A stretch of 51,342 nucleotides of DNA from Jimgerdemannia flammicorona (taxonomy: Eukaryota), in NCBI GenBank assembly GCA_003990765.1, contig RBNJ01000023.1, forward strand, positions 1 through 51,342, read 5' to 3'. Below are positions 35,710 to 48,043 of the stretch, in pieces (position 1 is the first letter of the stretch; every line of letters starts with the position of its first letter). The notes under the pieces are model-generated. The model saw only the letters and a program-made list of their open reading frames with translations. It was not told where the DNA came from and did no database searches. Position numbers and translations under genes: made by a program.

Positions 35710-37600
35710 GACTCTAATATCTTGAATAAATACTACATTATACCTTCTGATCTTTAACCACCAAAATAACCATCACTGCTTCATCTTATCTCTCATACTA
35801 TTGATATTTAGAAATAAGATTTGAAGACTATTCATAATGAATAAATATGTAGGAGATTAAAGATCCTTAGTCACTACTGCCACACTTTTAGCTCTTTTTT
35901 TAATAATATATATCTTTTTAGTTCTTACAGATTATCTTCAGATATACTTGCCACTCTCACTATCACAAAATTAATCAACTTGCTCTATTGTCACTCTCTT
36001 GATATCAGCTATCCTGGTCTTATCTATCTCATACCCCTCATCCTCCAGAAGTACTGCTATATAATATTGCTATTACTAGTTTTGATCCCTATAATGTGAT
36101 GTTAAGGAACTCAGCCCAATTCTCCTGAGATCTATAAAATATATCAGCTTTCTTAATGTCCTTCTCTACTAGCTTTTTAAGAACTACCTTGTATCAATTC
36201 TTTACTATAAACTTATAGAGCCCTGATATAGTAGACCTTGAGACTCTGCTCAACTTCTGAAACATCTCTCTATCTATTGAAATATTAGAGAAGATCTCTA
36301 TCAATTCATTCTTCTCAGTGGCTTTCTTAAGCTATACAATCTTATCTATCTCAGAGCACTTCTAATAAATATTCACAGTCTCAGCTATAGGAGTATTTTC
36401 TATTTAGATTTCAGGTATTATCTTATCAGTATCTCTAATTCACTCTATCTCACCTTCTCTTTATCAGCTCATTTCTCTTTAGCTGATATATATAGCAAGT
36501 CCTCTACTCTTCTAAACTGAAAAAATGACATCTCAGCTATCTATATCCCTTCTATATAATTGCTATTCACCACTATTCTCTCTATTGTCTTCTCTTCAGT
36601 TTTTCACAATACTGCCTACAGATGCTCTCAGTTCTCTTTCCTCTATTTCTTTCTCTTCCTATCTACTAAAATTCATATCCAATTCTTAGCAAACTTCTCT
36701 CATTTCCTCTTGCATATTATCTTAGCTATCTCTCTTTCTTCTGAGACTATTAACAGCTCCTTCTCTTTCTGCTTAGTACTCTTTCTTCTCTATATCTTAT
36801 ACTTCTGATCAGTAACATATATTATCTCAGACCAGTCCTTCCTTCTTCTTTTTTCTCTAATTTTACTATCATCTTACAGTTTCCATTTTTTCAACTTAGT
36901 GCTCTCTTAGAACATAAAACCAAAATTCACTATCTCATTATACTTCTCTAGAGAATTAGTTATCATCTCTTTTATCTTCTATCTCCCAGCATTGACACTC
37001 CTTCTATCACCAATCTCATAGCTTGAGGGTCCCACTATAAGTACCTCACTATCTCAACCTTAATCTCTCTGATAGTCAACTCCCTTTCCAGAGTTTTCAT
37101 TATTCTCTCCTTCTCTCTAAAGCTAATCTCAACTGTCTCAACTGATGGAATAAACTTCAGCAATTCAGCCTCTGCAAGTTCCTTCTTTACCAACCTCAGG
37201 ACCTCTCTGACAGATATTTCCAGTTCTAAGAAGTTGGCTGAAATTATCCACATTGATACTATTTGTAAAAAAATAACTATACTACTAGTTTATCAGTCTC
37301 TGCTATCAGCAGAGCTCTTTTCTTACTTCTAGTCACTCTAGTAGACATACTATCAGTCATATTATCTCTAACAGCAGACTCTCCTTTAGCCATCTACTCA
37401 GCTCTGGAAATATCAGTCATACTTCTATTCTGATCTCTATTAGTTATCTAATTAATTATCTGACTTTCTCTTCTATTAACACTATGTCTCCTCTGCTCTA
37501 TTACTATAGACCTAGTAGCAGATCTTCTACCTTTTACTATAATATCATTCCTCTATCCCAACAGCTCTTTCCTATTCTCTTTTACTTTTTTCAATATATT
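35710..37600 (-). mobile_element. Probable LINE relic (ORF1 and start of APE endonuclease)
   Basis: rc of ~35770-35830 reads SLQILFLNINSMRDKMKQ, like an APE endonuclease N-terminus; upstream charged ORF1-like sequence (37035-37253). Very decayed. Confidence 0.45.
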
Positions 37601-38139
37601 TATCCAGCTACTATTACATATATATATATGACTTAGCTCTCTCTAAATAGTTTAAGCAAAAGAAGTTCCTTTAATAAACAACTATATATAATAATTATTA
37701 AATATATTTTATTCTTTATTTATTATTTTGATATTTATTATTAGTTATATTTGTAAATTTATAAGTATAAAGAAAATCTCTATAAGAGCTTTATTATTTT
37801 TTTCTTTTTTATAATTTCAGATCTCTGATTTAAACTTTAGATAATCTTACAGATCACTGTACTTCTTTAGAATATTTTTCATATATTATCTATATTTTAT
37901 AATTATTATTATTAAATTCTTTATTATTATTATAATATTTATATATAGAGATTATTAGATCTTAATTATATAAGTAAATATAGTATAGTATATATATTAA
38001 AGATAGATCTTTTTAGCTACTTAGTTGCTATTAGAGCTCATAATCTTTATTGTAAAATAATTAGAATACTGGAGTAGAGTAAAAGAAGTAATATTTATTA
38101 ATAGTTAAATAAGTTATATAAAATATATATTACTAATAG

Positions 38140-38510
38140 AAGATGTCACAAGTATGATATATATAATAGATATAACTAAAGTTATATACTTATGTATATA
38201 TCAAGTTGAAAATGAAGAAAATGGAATCCTAACAAAATTGATCTCAATTTTTAAATTTATTATAAATCTTGATAATAATATTCTTAAAAGTTTTATTTAT
38301 TCTCTCTATTTATTTATTTTCACACAAATAGTATACTGTGATCTAGATATACTAGATCTTGTACTTTTTGTAAAAGATCTGATAAATCTGATTGATAAAT
38401 ACAGTTCCTTTATCTGTGGTTACTTGTGTTAGTACTTTGAATTAGCAGATAATTTCTCTATTCAGAAATCCTATAATCACCAGAGTGTGGACTTCCTTAA
38501 TAATAAAGTA
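38140..38510 (-). pseudogene. Gypsy-type integrase core fragment
   Basis: rc reads EIIC*FKVLTQVTTDKGTVFINQ...ITVYY..N..IERINKTFK (second D and E of the DDE motif). Confidence 0.7.
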
Positions 38511-38849
38511 AGCTGGTCTAGAAGGAGCACTCTGTATACTTCAGATAGAAGTCCCACCCTGTAAGTTGCACTCTCTTTCTGCTTCCGAAATAACGGCTAT
38601 TGCAAACAAATAAACTCACAATTCATGGTCCCTGTCAAACTCCTCCAATACATACTATATTAATAGGCATCATCGAAGCAAGAGAAAGGTGTAATGTCAA
38701 CATAAATTTCTGTACGGAAAATTGAACAGACACAATTAGTATTGATTACTGACAGGTTTTTTCATAACACCAATAGGATCAACCAACAAAAGCAAGCTCA
38801 ACAACAAAATGACAAAAAAATACTCACAACAAAGATCGCGTCGATATCC

Positions 38850-40708
38850 ATATGAATGGAAAATTTGTTGGGTGAGAAAATGAACTAGAAAGGTTGGACA
38901 AATTACTTAACGGTGATGACATTCGCTATGTCGCCATCCATGGATTCGGTGGCATCGGCAAAACGTTGTTGGCACTCCAAGCGGCGCGGAACTTTACCTT
39001 CGGCAGTGTTCTTGCACTATCTCTTGTTAAAACATCCAAGTCGAGCCAAGTAATTGTAAAGATATCAAGTTTTCCTAATATCGGTATCCAAAACTTGCAC
39101 CCAAATTGGAGAGGCAGAAATGCTTCGGAGAGGAGATCATTCTGTTGCATCTCGACAACATGGAAGATGGCAAACACGCGATATACAATGGAGACTCGGA
39201 AAAGAAGAGCATATATATATTTCAAACAACTGCCAATTAACATCAACATTCTGGCGACTTCGAGAATATTATTAGAACGACCAAATGAAAAATTGAGAAT
39301 TAGAGATGGTTTGACGGCTTGTAGGGTTTTTGGAAATAGATTGCTCACCGCAATAATGGCGTAACGACGGAGATGCAATGAACCTTAGTCGACTTGTACA
39401 CGGACACTCGTTTTCTCTTCGTCGTCTTGGAGGTGTTCAACAAATGCAAGGAATCCTCCGAACAATTTATCTACAACATTACTGATAGACTTCTGAAAGC
39501 CACATATTTCTATAATGTTGACGAGCATGAATTAATCAATATCTGCATCCAATATAGCTTTGATTATCTAGATATTTCTCTGAGGTCACTGCTCGAAAAC
39601 TGAAGGTGTTTGAAGTTCCATTTACACCAACACACGTGGTGAGAGCACTGGGTGATGCTAGCACATTGTCGACATCGTTAATAGCGGACAATTTACATCT
39701 CCTTTGGCAACACAGCTGGCTGAATCAGCTTCTGTACAAGGACGATCCAGCGCTCGGTCATTGGCGCCCCCGGATTATGGAGAATGACAGAGTTCTACAG
39801 CTTGCATCCACGAATACGCGATTTCCTTAACGTCCATTTTGGCGATGTCGAAGGTGCTACGCTCAATGATACCGAGATACAGTTCTACATATATGGCGCT
39901 GTGTTATGGAGTCGGATAAGGCGTTGTGAATAATCTAGGGAAGCTGATTGAATGGCGCACCAAGGCTGCCGCAAATGGTCATTTGGTAGCGCAGTTAACA
40001 CTTGCTGCATGTTATGAGCAAGGGGGAACGGAATTTGCAAAGACCGAAAAATAGCATTCGATGGCCGAGGACCTCAACAAATTTTATTTTTGGGGGAAAC
40101 TTTATGATGAAAACAAAACAGCTCCCCTGTCGATCAAGTTCGACTTTTCTCTTCTCCTCTTACATTGTGCAGCAGAATATGGTCAAATGATATTAGTCAA
40201 TTCCTGATGGAACAACCGTTGGCGAAGGTAGATGTGAGAGACAGACACGGTCAGATGGCGCTGAGCAGAAAGGGTGCATCGAGTGTTCGAGTTACTCGTA
40301 TTTAAATTTTGTGGACAGTCAGACGCCACTGCATTGGGCCACGGAGAACGGGCACGCCGAGGTTGCGAGGTTGCGAGGTTGCGAGGTTGCGAGGTTGCAA
40401 AGTTGCTTGTGGCCGAGTTCGGGGCCAAGGACGACGACGGATTAACACCGCTGCACATGACAGCTTGGTTCAGACACGCTGAGGTTGCGAGGTTGCTTGT
40501 GGCCGAGTTCAGGGCGGATGTCAATTCCAGGGACGATGACGAATGGACGCCTCTGCACACGGCCGCAGGTACTGGGACGCTGGGGTTGCGAGGCGATATT
40601 AATTCCAAGGACGACGAGGGATTAAAGTCCCTGCACATCAGCGACGTCGAGATTGCGAGGTTGCTCATGGCCGAGTTAGGGTCGGATGCATGGTGTTGGT
40701 ATAGCTGA
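38850..40708 (+). pseudogene. NLR-like STAND NTPase pseudogene: NB-ARC-type domain, SEL1-like repeat, ankyrin repeats
   Basis: FVG*ENELERL, P-loop GFGGIGKT (38942-38965), Walker B ILLHLDNMED (shifted frame), sensor ILATSR, YSFDYL..VFEVPFT; KAAANGHLVAQLTLAACYEQG; ankyrin DDDGLTPLH and DDDEWTPLHTAA. Multiple frameshifts; could be two adjacent decayed genes. Confidence 0.8.
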
Positions 40709-41083
40709 GGTTCTCAGGTCAATTGGCGGCTGGGAGGGTGATACATACTAGTAGAGGTAGAAGAAAATGTTGGTATGTGGGACGACGAGCACTATTTTTT
40801 ACAATCGGCTGTCTTTGCAGGAACAAAGCGAGTTACATTTTTTGCATTCATGTGTTTAGCACTGCGGCGGACACAGATGCATATACATTCGGTATTCTTC
40901 TCTATACAATTATATTGGTGAAATGGAGGCAGCGCATTAGCTGAAGCACCGAAATTGAATATGTGCTTGCACAAAGGGTATATACAACTCGGAAATCACG
41001 TGTCCATTTGACGGCGATCAACACCCGGCCCTCGTACCCGTCCCCCCGTCCCCCGTCCCACACCTTCCCTGTCTACCCACAAA

Positions 41084-42897
41084 ATGGACATAAACTTTGA
41101 CGCTGCAACCCATTTTTTCGATGAAGAACCTATTGAACAAGATTTCTTCGATGAAGAACCTATCGAACAAGATTTTTTTGAAGAAGATGAACAAGATACC
41201 CTCCTCGAATACTTTGTCCCCGAAGGTCCTAACCGTTTCCTAAACGAGTTCCTGCGCGTCTATATCAACACTGCATACCCCTCCGTCTCCTACATCAGTG
41301 TGTTTGGTCGGTCTCACAACGGGGAGGCAACCCTGTACGATACGATCCGCCGCTACCTCACTGACCCAGCCTCTCTGCTCGTCCAACTTTTCGTTCCGGA
41401 GTGGATCGCGCGCGCCGCCCACGTTTTCGAGACAGTCGCCGGCGAGAAACCAAGATGCGTTGATGGCAAGGTTGATCTTCTCCACTGCCTGGGCCCGGGC
41501 CGCCAGGAGTCGCAGCGTCCCGAATTGCTCAAAGTCACCAAACACGACGGCGTGCGCATCTTCTGGCTTCCAGCTGATTTGCCGAATGACGGATTGCGAG
41601 AGGAAATGGGCATCGCAAACTGGGACACTACGCCCCTTGCGGAATTGAAAGTTGGCGTGTGCGTCGCCAACAAGGACGGGCCGCTCGCGGAGACCAGTCC
41701 GTTCAACCAGTTGTTCAAGACGTCGGGACTGCCGTTCTTGCCCGAGATTGTCGCTGCACCCAAGAATTACTATGAATTGGAGAAAACCATTAGAGACTCA
41801 TACAGGCTCAAGAAAAAGGAGCATTCAGATGCCAGGTTCCACGGCGAAAACCGGCTCGAATTGCCGCCTGAGATGTGGCGTCACATTCTCCACCTTGTGG
41901 CCGCCATGGAAGACAAGATGGAACTGATACCGACTATACTTTGTATGCGATTGATCAACCGTGCATGGTAGGTAATTGAACATATATGGGAAGTATACAG
42001 GTATACAGGTTCACCTCACTCATTGTCAACCTTCCACATTTTCTGCACCACAGGAACGAAATTGCGACAAGCCTCTACCACAATGCCGAAACCTTCCTTG
42101 TTTCGGAACTCTTTGGCTATCCCATTGCCTTCCGCCCATACCTTCGTCGCCTCCGCCTTTACGACAGGAAACTCAGGGACGGCATCCCCGTCCGGTACCC
42201 ACCTCCCTCCAGTTTTCTCTACGACATAGGTTCCTATGAAATCTCCAAATACCCAAGCACACTCGAGGATAGCATCATTGACATCCTCGCAACGTCACCG
42301 AACCTTGAAGAGATTACATTCGCAAACCCCTTCCATCCCTTCAATGATGAAATTGAAGTCTATGTTGTTGGCTGGCGTCGGGAAGCCTTAGGATCCGACG
42401 TCCTCGAGCCCGTGCTCGTCGCACAACTCGACTGCCATCTCCGCCAGCTCGAAATGCTCGCCGCGAAAGCCACCACCATCGTCGCCTCCACCACTCAACA
42501 AGCTGAAGCATACCCGGATCTCGGCTCGTGCTACGGCGCCATCGCAGACGTTTTATTCAAGTTCCCGAAGAACTTTCACTGCCTTGGTCCCCCAGGCGAT
42601 GCGCTGTTATTAAGTCTAGGCCGACACCTTACATTCAAAGATCTTCACTTCACAATGATCCAAGAGTTTGGTATATTTGTAAATTTTGAATTCAGCATCG
42701 GGGGGAATTGGGGGATCGATGAGGCCGTTAAGTGGTTTAAGGAAGGGAGGTTCTGGGAGCAGGGAGGATGGCCAGAGACTGCAGTCCTTGTGGTTCATTG
42801 GTGGAGCGAGGAAGATGTGGCTACGGAGAGGCACAAATGTTTAGGATATCTGTACCGCCAACTAGGTTCAATTGTGTGGCGAATTGAGGATCAATGA
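41084..42897 (+). CDS. ~590-aa protein with central F-box-like motif, split into two ORFs at 41969-42008 (short intron or recent pseudogenisation)
   Basis: ORFs of 295 and 303 aa with native CpG-rich codons; LPPEMWRHILHLV...CMRLINRAW at the end of the first ORF; N-terminal 30-nt repeats encoding FFDEEPIEQD. Confidence 0.7.
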
Positions 42898-42983
42898 CTT
42901 CTTCAATCTCAAATATAAAATGTCTAAATTTTTGGATACGTACTGTCTGCTGACAATTCGTATACACCTTTACCTCCGTCGCC

Positions 42984-43396
42984 ATGCCATCCACGGAACT
43001 TCCAACCCCTTCGCTTGACGAAATCAAGACCAGGGATGAACACCGCATTGTTGAGCACTTTCAACACCTGTTCCCCGTTTGAAACCCGGTCACGTAACGC
43101 TCTTACGCCAACAGGAACCAGACGGAGTCGCTCTTATTCTGGTCATGGAAAACGTCATATTGCAACCTCTGTTGGGGGTGTTCATGAGGTGATCAGAGCT
43201 GGTTAAGTGACCGGTGGTCGTGATGGCATCTCAGGAGGAGAATTGGTCTCGCCGCGCGCCCTCGGCGAAGGGGAAGGAGACGTTGGATCTCGGCGAAGAT
43301 AATTTTGGAGAAGGGCGACAGATATACATCTTGGTGGTGGAACGGAATATTGGTGTAGAGTATGCTAGGGATGGAAGGAGTGAATTTTTAGACTGA
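42984..43396 (+). pseudogene. Possible small decayed ORF of unknown function
   Basis: Good start context gtcgccATG, coding-like composition, but stops and frameshifts; no recognisable domain. Confidence 0.25.
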
Positions 43397-43751
43397 ATAT
43401 CACATGAAGACAAGCGTATAAGCGGGCTGCGCGTATTCCTGACGGGCTGTGAGTCATTTAGACGGAGGCAGGCCTTGGTTCCATCAAGCCATCGGCGCGC
43501 AATTTGCAGGCATGTAAAACCCAACATTTGGTCTTCCGTCAACGGCTGGATTGCTGGCGTATGATTGGAATCCAATATTCATGCTGGAATGCAATATTCA
43601 TACCCCTGAGAATAATGCAGGTTCAAGCAATGACCTATAATGACGTGAAGGTTTTATTTGCTACCACACACCCACATGCGCGCGTATATCGGCTGTTCCC
43701 CATTGCCCCGCAATCACCCCGAAATTCCCCCCCCCACCCCATTGCAAACGC

Positions 43752-43997
43752 TTTCTTCCTTCCGCATCGTAAGTATTCTCCCTTCCACCCTTCCACATCG
43801 TTCGCCCCCGCAAAGTGTTCTTCCTTCTGCATCGTTCCCCCTCACAAAGTGTTCTTCCTTCTGCATCGTTCGCCCTCGCAAATATTCTTCCTTCCACATC
43901 TGTGGCCTCCGCAAAGTATTCTTCCTTCCGCATTTTTCGCTCCCGCAAAATGTTATTCCTTCCGCACCGTTCCCCCCCGCAAAGTATTCTTCCTTCA
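43752..43997. repeat. ~33-bp pyrimidine-rich tandem repeat, about 7 copies
   Basis: Unit cgcaaagtrttcttccttcygcatcgttcgccc with variable length; lies just upstream of the LRR array. Confidence 0.8.
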
Positions 43998-44172
43998 ACC
44001 CTCTCACATTTTTCGCCGCGGAAAGACTTTCTCCCCCGGGCAAGGGTATAAAATCTAATTCTTCGAACTCTCGAACTCCCTCTCTTGAACTCTCCATTTT
44101 CGCAAACTCGCCCTTTTCGCGATCGAGAAAGGGTGTAAGACCACCGGCGATGATCCATCCCCTGTTCATATT

Positions 44173-46248
44173 CAAATAACAACATCGGCGGTGAGGGAGC
44201 ACGCGCACTGGGGGAGTTTTGAAATAGATGACCACGTTGAATCTCAGATGTATGTCGAAACTGTGTGAATTGTTGTTTACTGCAGTGGGTTCCAGCTGAA
44301 AATCTCGGTGTGTTTGATCATCATCTTTAGACAGCAACATCCGTGGCGAAGGAACACGTATGCTGGTCGAGTCTCTGAAGCAGAACACGACCCTGGCCAC
44401 ATTGAACCTCGATGGTATTTAAAATTGTTTGAACTGTCAATTGTAGCTTCGTGTGCTAGTTTGCCTATTAATTTCTTGTTAACATTTAGAAAACAACATC
44501 GGCGGCGAAGGAGCACGCGCCCCGGCTGAGTCTTTAAAGCGTAATATGACCCTGACCATGCTGAATCTGGAGAGTATGTCAGAACTGTGCGAATTGTTGT
44601 TTGAAGCTGCGTGATGGGTTTGAGCTCACAATCTGTGCCTGTTTTCTCATACATCCCCTGTTCATCTTCAAAAATAACATTGGCGCCAAAGGAGCATATG
44701 CTCTGGCGGAGGCTCTGAAGCAGTACACGGCCCTGAACATGCTGAATCTCGAGTGTATGTTCGAACTGTGTAAACTGTTGTTTGCAACTGTGTGATGGGT
44801 TGCTGCCTGTTTGCTTATTCATTCACTGCTCGCCTTCAGGAGACGACATCGGCGGCGAACTGGCCAAGTCTCTGAAGCAGAACATGGCATTGATCACGCT
44901 GAATCTGATATGTATGTTAAACCTGTAGAAACCGTTGCTTTCAGCCGCACGATGAGTTTCTGTTCATGCCCTTCGCATAATTTTTCATCCACCTCCTGTT
45001 CATCATCAGTTAACAACATCGGTGCGAATGGAGCATGTTCATTGGCCGAGTCTCTAACGCAGTGCACGACCCTGACCACGCTGCATCTCGAGGTATATTA
45101 GCACCGTGTGATTGGTTGCTTGTAGCTGCATTATGAATTCCAGCTCACGATCTTCGTGTGTTTGCTTATTTATTTTCAGGCAACAACATCGGCGACGAGG
45201 GAGGAGGCAGAAGATGTCGCTGAGGGCGTTGAATATCCAGTGTATGTTAAAACTGTGTGAACTATTAGCAGCTGCGTGATCGAATTCAGCTCACGATCTT
45301 GTCCATTTTAAGGCAACAACATCAATACACGCATTGGCCGCGTCGCTGAAACTGAATATGACCCTGACCACGCTGAATCTCTGGAGTAGGTTAAATGTTG
45401 GTGCAACTGCATTATAGGCTCCAGCTCACAATTGACATCTATACCCTGTTCATTGGCAGACAACATCATTGGCAACAATGCTGGATTTCCAGAGTATGTT
45501 GGAATTCTTTATATTGATATGTTTGCAGCTGCACGATAGGTTCCAGTTTTCGATTATCGCGCGTTTACACATCCATGCGATTTTTTTCTTTATGGAATAA
45601 CATCGGCGACAATAGAGCACAAGCACTAGCTGGATCTGTGAAGCAGAATACGACTCTGGCCACATTGAATCTCGAGTGTAAGAACAGTGTAAACTGTTGT
45701 TTGCAGCTGCATGATTGATTCCTACCTCCAAACTTAGCACATTTTTGTTCCATTCCCGTTCACCATCAGACAACGATATCAGTGGCGAAGGAGCATGCAC
45801 ACTTGCCAAGTCTCTGAATCTCCAATGTATGTTGGGAATGTGGTAACTGTTGTTTGCTTTTGCGTGATTAATTTCAGCTCCCGACCTTGGCATCTTTGCT
45901 CATCCATTCCCTGTTCATCATTAGACAACAACATCAGTGCTGAGGGAGCATATGCATTGGCCGAGACCCTGAAACAGAACATGCCTTTAACCATCTCCAG
46001 TATATATTGAAACTGTGTGAACAGTTGTTTGTAACTGTATCTTAGATTCCTGCTCACGATTTTTTCTTCTTTACTCATTCATCTATGTTTACCTTCAGAT
46101 GACAAAAATGGCTAAGCTGCTAAAGCAGAACATGCATGTGATATTACATCTCAGTGATATATTAGAACTATATTACTTTATCAGCATTTTCTCAGGTTTG
46201 CTCATCCATTTACTGTTCATCTTTAGAAAGTAACATTGATAGAGAAAG
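44173..46248 (+). pseudogene. Array of 13-14 exons, each encoding one 28-aa RI-like (NLRC3-type) leucine-rich repeat
   Basis: Exons such as NNIGAKGAYALAEALKQYTALNMLNLE (44672-44754) and NNISAEGAYALAETLKQN, ~84 nt when intact, separated by homologous gtatgt...ag introns of roughly 70-100 nt; several exons carry deletions. Confidence 0.88.
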
Positions 46249-46249
46249 T

Positions 46250-48043
46250 TGGTTCAGATGAAAGACATGAAGGTGGGTTTGAATATATAGATGTGGTTTG
46301 GGTAGAGAGTATAAAGGTAGTAGTTCAGATGGAGAAGACATCAAGAAGGAGATGGAGAGCATAGAGATGGGGATTCAGATAGAAGATATAGAAGTGAATT
46401 TTAGATTAAGGATGTAAAGTAGAATATAGATAAAGAATATAGAGGTGGGAGTTTGGGTGAAGGATATAGATAGGGGATTTAGATAGAGAATATAGGGGTT
46501 CAGATAGAGATAGAGGTAGGGGATTTAGATAATAGAGATGAAGATGAGAGAATTCAGATTGTAGAGATAAAGGTAGAGGATTCAGATAGTAGTAAAGATG
46601 GGAGATATAGGTGAAAAATTCAAGTAATAGAGATAGAGGTGGAGATAGAGGATATAAATGGAGAATTTGAGTATTGAGTGGTAGAGAGATAGCAATAGAT
46701 AGAAGTGGGAGATATAGATGAAAAATTTAAATAATAAAGGTAAAGATAGAGATAAGATATTCAGATAATAGAGATAGAGATAGTAAATTCAGATAGTAAA
46801 GATAATAGTAAGAGGTTTGAGTAGTAGAATTAGAGGTGGAAATTTAGTAAAAGAAATAAGAGATAATAGATTCAGATAGTAGAAGTAAAGATAGAGAATT
46901 TAAGTAATATAGAAATAGAAGATTTGTATAGTAGAGATAAAAGTAGAAGATATAGATAATAGATTCTAGTAGAGAGATAAAGATAGAGTTAGAATATTTG
47001 AGTAATAGAGATAAAGATAGAGAATTTGAATAATAGATATAAAGATAGAAGATTTAGATATAAGATAGAGATAAGAGGTTTGAGTGGTAGAGATAGAAAT
47101 AGAGAATTTGGTAGAAGAGATGAGAGATAACAGATTCAGATAGTAGAGATAGAGAGTAGTAAAGATGAAGATAGAGGTAAGAGATTTAGTAAAGAAGATG
47201 AGATATAGTAGATTTGAGTAATAGAGATTGAGGTGAGAGATTTGAGTAATAAAGATAAAAATAGAGATTTAAATAATAGAAATAGAAATAGAGAATTCAG
47301 TTAATAGAGATAAAGATGAGAGATTCAGATAATAGAGATAGAGATAGAAGATTTGAGTAATAGAGATAGAAATAGAGAGAGAAAATTTAGATAATAGAGA
47401 TAGAAGTGGGGGGTTTTAGTAATAAAGATAGAGGTGAGAGATTTGGATAGTAGAGATAGAGATGGAGGATTTAGATAATAAAGATAGAGGTGGGGGATTC
47501 AGTAGACAAGGTGGGGATGATAGATTTAGATGATAGAGATAGAGATAGAGAATGCAGATAGGAGATTTAAATGGTAGAGGTAGAGATAGAGATAGGAGAT
47601 CAGATAGTAGAGATAGAGATAAAGGTAGAAAATTCAGATAATAAAGATAAAGGTGAGAGATTTAGATAGTAAAAGTAAGAGTAAAAAATTCAGTAGAGAA
47701 GATAGTGGGTAGTATATTTAGATAATAAAGATAGAGATAAGAAATATAGATAAAATATTTATATATAGATAGTAAAGATAGAGGTTAAAGATATAGATAA
47801 GATATTTGAATAATAAAGGTGAGAGATTTAGATAGTGAAGATGAAGATAGAGGTGGGGAATTCAGATAGTAGAGATAGAGATAAAGCTGAGAGATTCAGA
47901 TAGTAGAAGTAAATATGGAGATAGAGATGAGGAATTCAGATAGTAGAGATAGAGGTGGGGGTAAAGAAGATAGTAGTGGAGGTTTAGATAGAGAAAATAA
48001 GAGTTCAGATAAAGGAGGTAGAGTGGAGGTTCAGATGAAAGAT
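46250..48043. repeat. Degenerate purine-rich minisatellite, ~28-bp unit (continues ~49254-49400)
   Basis: Consecutive 28-mers around 47395-47480: agagatagaagtggggggttttagtaat / aaagatagaggtgagagatttggatagt / agagatagagatggaggatttagataat. Confidence 0.8.

Noticed and set aside
43752-43997. Second CRISPR-like or coding repeat (overlapping ORFs 43504-44400)
   Set aside because: No spacers; unit length varies and ORFs appear in several frames on both strands, typical of low-complexity repeats.
46250-48043. Decayed Gly/RGG-repeat coding exon
   Set aside because: The unit measured is 28 bp, not a multiple of three, so no stable reading frame.
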